From a bacterium (GTDB lineage Bacteria; UBA8248), in NCBI GenBank assembly GCA_965203325.1, contig OZ241875.1:32001-96000 (forward strand): a stretch of DNA of 64,000 nt, read 5' to 3'. The notes below the pieces were generated by a model. The model saw only the letters and a list, made by a program, of their open reading frames with translations. It made no database searches and was not told the origin of the DNA. Position 1 is the first letter of the stretch; each line of letters begins with the position of its first letter. Positions 62,243 to 64,000 of this stretch are shown in pieces. The translations under genes were made by a program, and so were the position numbers.

Positions 62243-63481
62243 GTGATAGACTGGGCCATGAAGCCACCCGCTCAAGGAAAACCCCTTGCCGTTCGTGGAC
62301 ATCCCGTGGATGAAGGCGCCCTTCGCCAGATTGAGTGCTGTCTCGCCGATGATGAAGCGCGGGCAGGCGCTTTGTGCGCCGACCACCACCTGGGATATTC
62401 CATGCCCATCGGCGGCATTATCGCCTACGAGAATGCCGTATCGCCGAGCGGTGTGGGCTATGACATCGCTTGCGGGAACAAGGCCGTCAAAACGGACCTG
62501 AAGGCCTCGGACGTGCGCCCTGAACTATCTGGCATCATGGACGAGATATTTCGCGACCTCGAATTCGGCATGGGCCGGAAAAATCCCGAACCTGTCGACG
62601 ACCCGCTTTTCGATGATCCCGCGTGGAAGTTGTCGCCCGAATTCGAGGATTTGAAACCGCTAGCGCGCTCGCAGTTGGGCACCATCGGCGCGGGCAATCA
62701 CTATGTCGATTTATTCGTCGAAGAGGCGAACGACGCGCTTTGGGTCGGGATTCACTTCGGCTCGAGAGGCTTTGGCCACAAAACATGCACCGGATTCTTG
62801 AATCTGGCGAAAAACCGCAAATTCGGCGCCCCTCCTGCCCGTGAGGAGATGCACTCTCCAGCCACCGTCTTTTCTCTCGCCTCCCCCTTGGGAGAAGACT
62901 ATTTCGCCGCCATGAAACTGGCCGGGCGCTACGCCTATGCCGGAAGGGATTATGTCGGGGCCCGGGTACTGGACATCCTAGGAGCCCGCTCAGAATGGGA
63001 AGTGCACAACCACCACAATTTCGCGTGGGAGGAAGAGCACGACGGTGTGCGCTGTATCGTGGTTCGCAAGGGCGCCACGCCGGCCTGGCCGGGCCAGAAA
63101 TGTTTTATCGGCGGGAGCATGGGAGATCTCTCCGTCATCGCCGAAGGCGTGGAGACGCCGGGGTCGAAATCTCTGCTCTACTCCACGGTTCATGGTGCGG
63201 GCCGTGTAATGAGTAGAACCAAGGCGGCCGGGCGAAAAAGATGGCGCAAGGGCCGTCTGATCCGCAAGGGCGGCGCTATCACGCGCGAGAAAATGAACGA
63301 GTGGGTCGAGGACATCGGCGTCGTGCTTCGCGGAGCGGATACGGACGAGGCGCCACAGGCGTACAAACGACTTGAAGAAGTATTGAAACTCCATGACGAC
63401 GCACTTCGCATTTTGCACGTGCTCAGGCCCATTGGAGTGGCGATGGCGGGCCCCGATGTCCAGGATGAATTCAGGGACTAG
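62243..63481 (+). CDS. rtcB: RtcB-family 3'-phosphate/5'-OH RNA ligase
   Basis: ADHHLGY, GYDIACG, GTIGAGNHY, HFGSRG, HHN, RKGATPA, GSMG, HGAGR, DEAPQAYK; start 62243 GTG or 62258 ATG. Confidence 0.93.
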   Translation: MIDWAMKPPAQGKPLAVRGHPVDEGALRQIECCLADDEARAGALCADHHLGYSMPIGGIIAYENAVSPSGVGYDIACGNKAVKTDLKASDVRPELSGIMDEIFRDLEFGMGRKNPEPVDDPLFDDPAWKLSPEFEDLKPLARSQLGTIGAGNHYVDLFVEEANDALWVGIHFGSRGFGHKTCTGFLNLAKNRKFGAPPAREEMHSPATVFSLASPLGEDYFAAMKLAGRYAYAGRDYVGARVLDILGARSEWEVHNHHNFAWEEEHDGVRCIVVRKGATPAWPGQKCFIGGSMGDLSVIAEGVETPGSKSLLYSTVHGAGRVMSRTKAAGRKRWRKGRLIRKGGAITREKMNEWVEDIGVVLRGADTDEAPQAYKRLEEVLKLHDDALRILHVLRPIGVAMAGPDVQDEFRD

Positions 63482-63489
63482 CTTGGGGT

Positions 63490-63517
63490 CTATACCATAA
63501 TGCAATTTATCAAGTTC
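63490..63517 (-). other. Second dif-like site, inverted relative to the first
   Basis: Minus strand GAACTTGATAA-ATTGCA-TTATGGTATAG; same GATAA-N6-TTATG core; D arm 8/11 to E. coli. Confidence 0.5.
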
Positions 63518-63622
63518 TACATCATAAATATCTATAAATAATTTATTTGAAGGTTTTTCATCATGTTCCTGCAAACGCGAATTCCGAAAGACACACTTCC
63601 CGGTTGAATGCCTTGTTTATTA

Positions 63623-64000
63623 TCACGAAAAAACCGGGTCGGTCCGGCCCTCCACGTCGAGTTCGAATCCCGCGTCATGTATCATTCGATGGGCCACGGC
63701 CGACTCCTGGCCGGATGTGGTGAGGTAGCCGTCCACGAAAATCGAGTTGGCGGTATAGAGGGCCAGAGGCTGCAATTCCCTGAGTTGGACTTCCCTTCCC
63801 CCGGCGACGCGAATTTCAGAGCGGGGGTTGTAGAAGCGCATCAGGCAGAGCAGCTTGAGGCAGAAGATCGGCCCGAGTAACGGCCTACCTTCGAGCGGCG
63901 TGCCGCCGATCGGATTGAGGAAGTTTACCGGTATGGATTCGGGCGCGAGCGTGCTCAACGCCTCACACACGTCGATGATGTCCTCAGCGCTCTCCCCTTG
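63623..64000 (-). CDS. bioB: Biotin synthase, C-terminal part (5' beyond window)
   Basis: GES.EDIID, PESIPVNFLNPIGGTPL, IRVAGGRE, ANSIFVDGYLTTSGQ. Confidence 0.9.
   Translation of the reverse strand, partial: QGESAEDIIDVCEALSTLAPESIPVNFLNPIGGTPLEGRPLLGPIFCLKLLCLMRFYNPRSEIRVAGGREVQLRELQPLALYTANSIFVDGYLTTSGQESAVAHRMIHDAGFELDVEGRTDPVFS

Overview
Core chromosomal region of a diderm (LPS-making) bacterium. Gene orders such as alaC-hom-apgM-lysC, lptE-holA/rpsT, phoH-HD-ybeY, DUF4390-ntrY-ntrX and lptCAB-rpoN-hprK resemble Nitrospinota/Nitrospirota/Desulfobacterota-like genomes (inference, not searched). Nearly all of about 55 genes lie on the + strand. They cover aspartate-family amino acid synthesis, glyQS, ppdK, the rib cluster, murJ, xerD, mutS, purMN, lolA, rseP, ispG, proS, a CAU-anticodon tRNA, tilS, ftsH, pdxJ, nnr, tsaE, lptCAB, rpoN, regulatory PTS genes, metK, ahcY, an amidase, der, an EF-G paralogue and rtcB. 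A partial bioB lies on the - strand. No IS, prophage or CRISPR array was seen. Most notable: (1) a single ORF fusing an NtrX-type response regulator (receiver, degenerate AAA+, HTH) to an LpxC with intact catalytic motifs, behind an NtrY-type kinase; (2) rtcB tightly bracketed by two inversely oriented dif-like XerC/XerD sites, resembling a chromosomal dif module; (3) probable pseudoenzymes (ApgM-like protein, RibA domain); (4) two small proteins before the tRNA, an AT-rich island inside glyS, and a candidate structured RNA before hprK. All calls come from motif recognition by eye.
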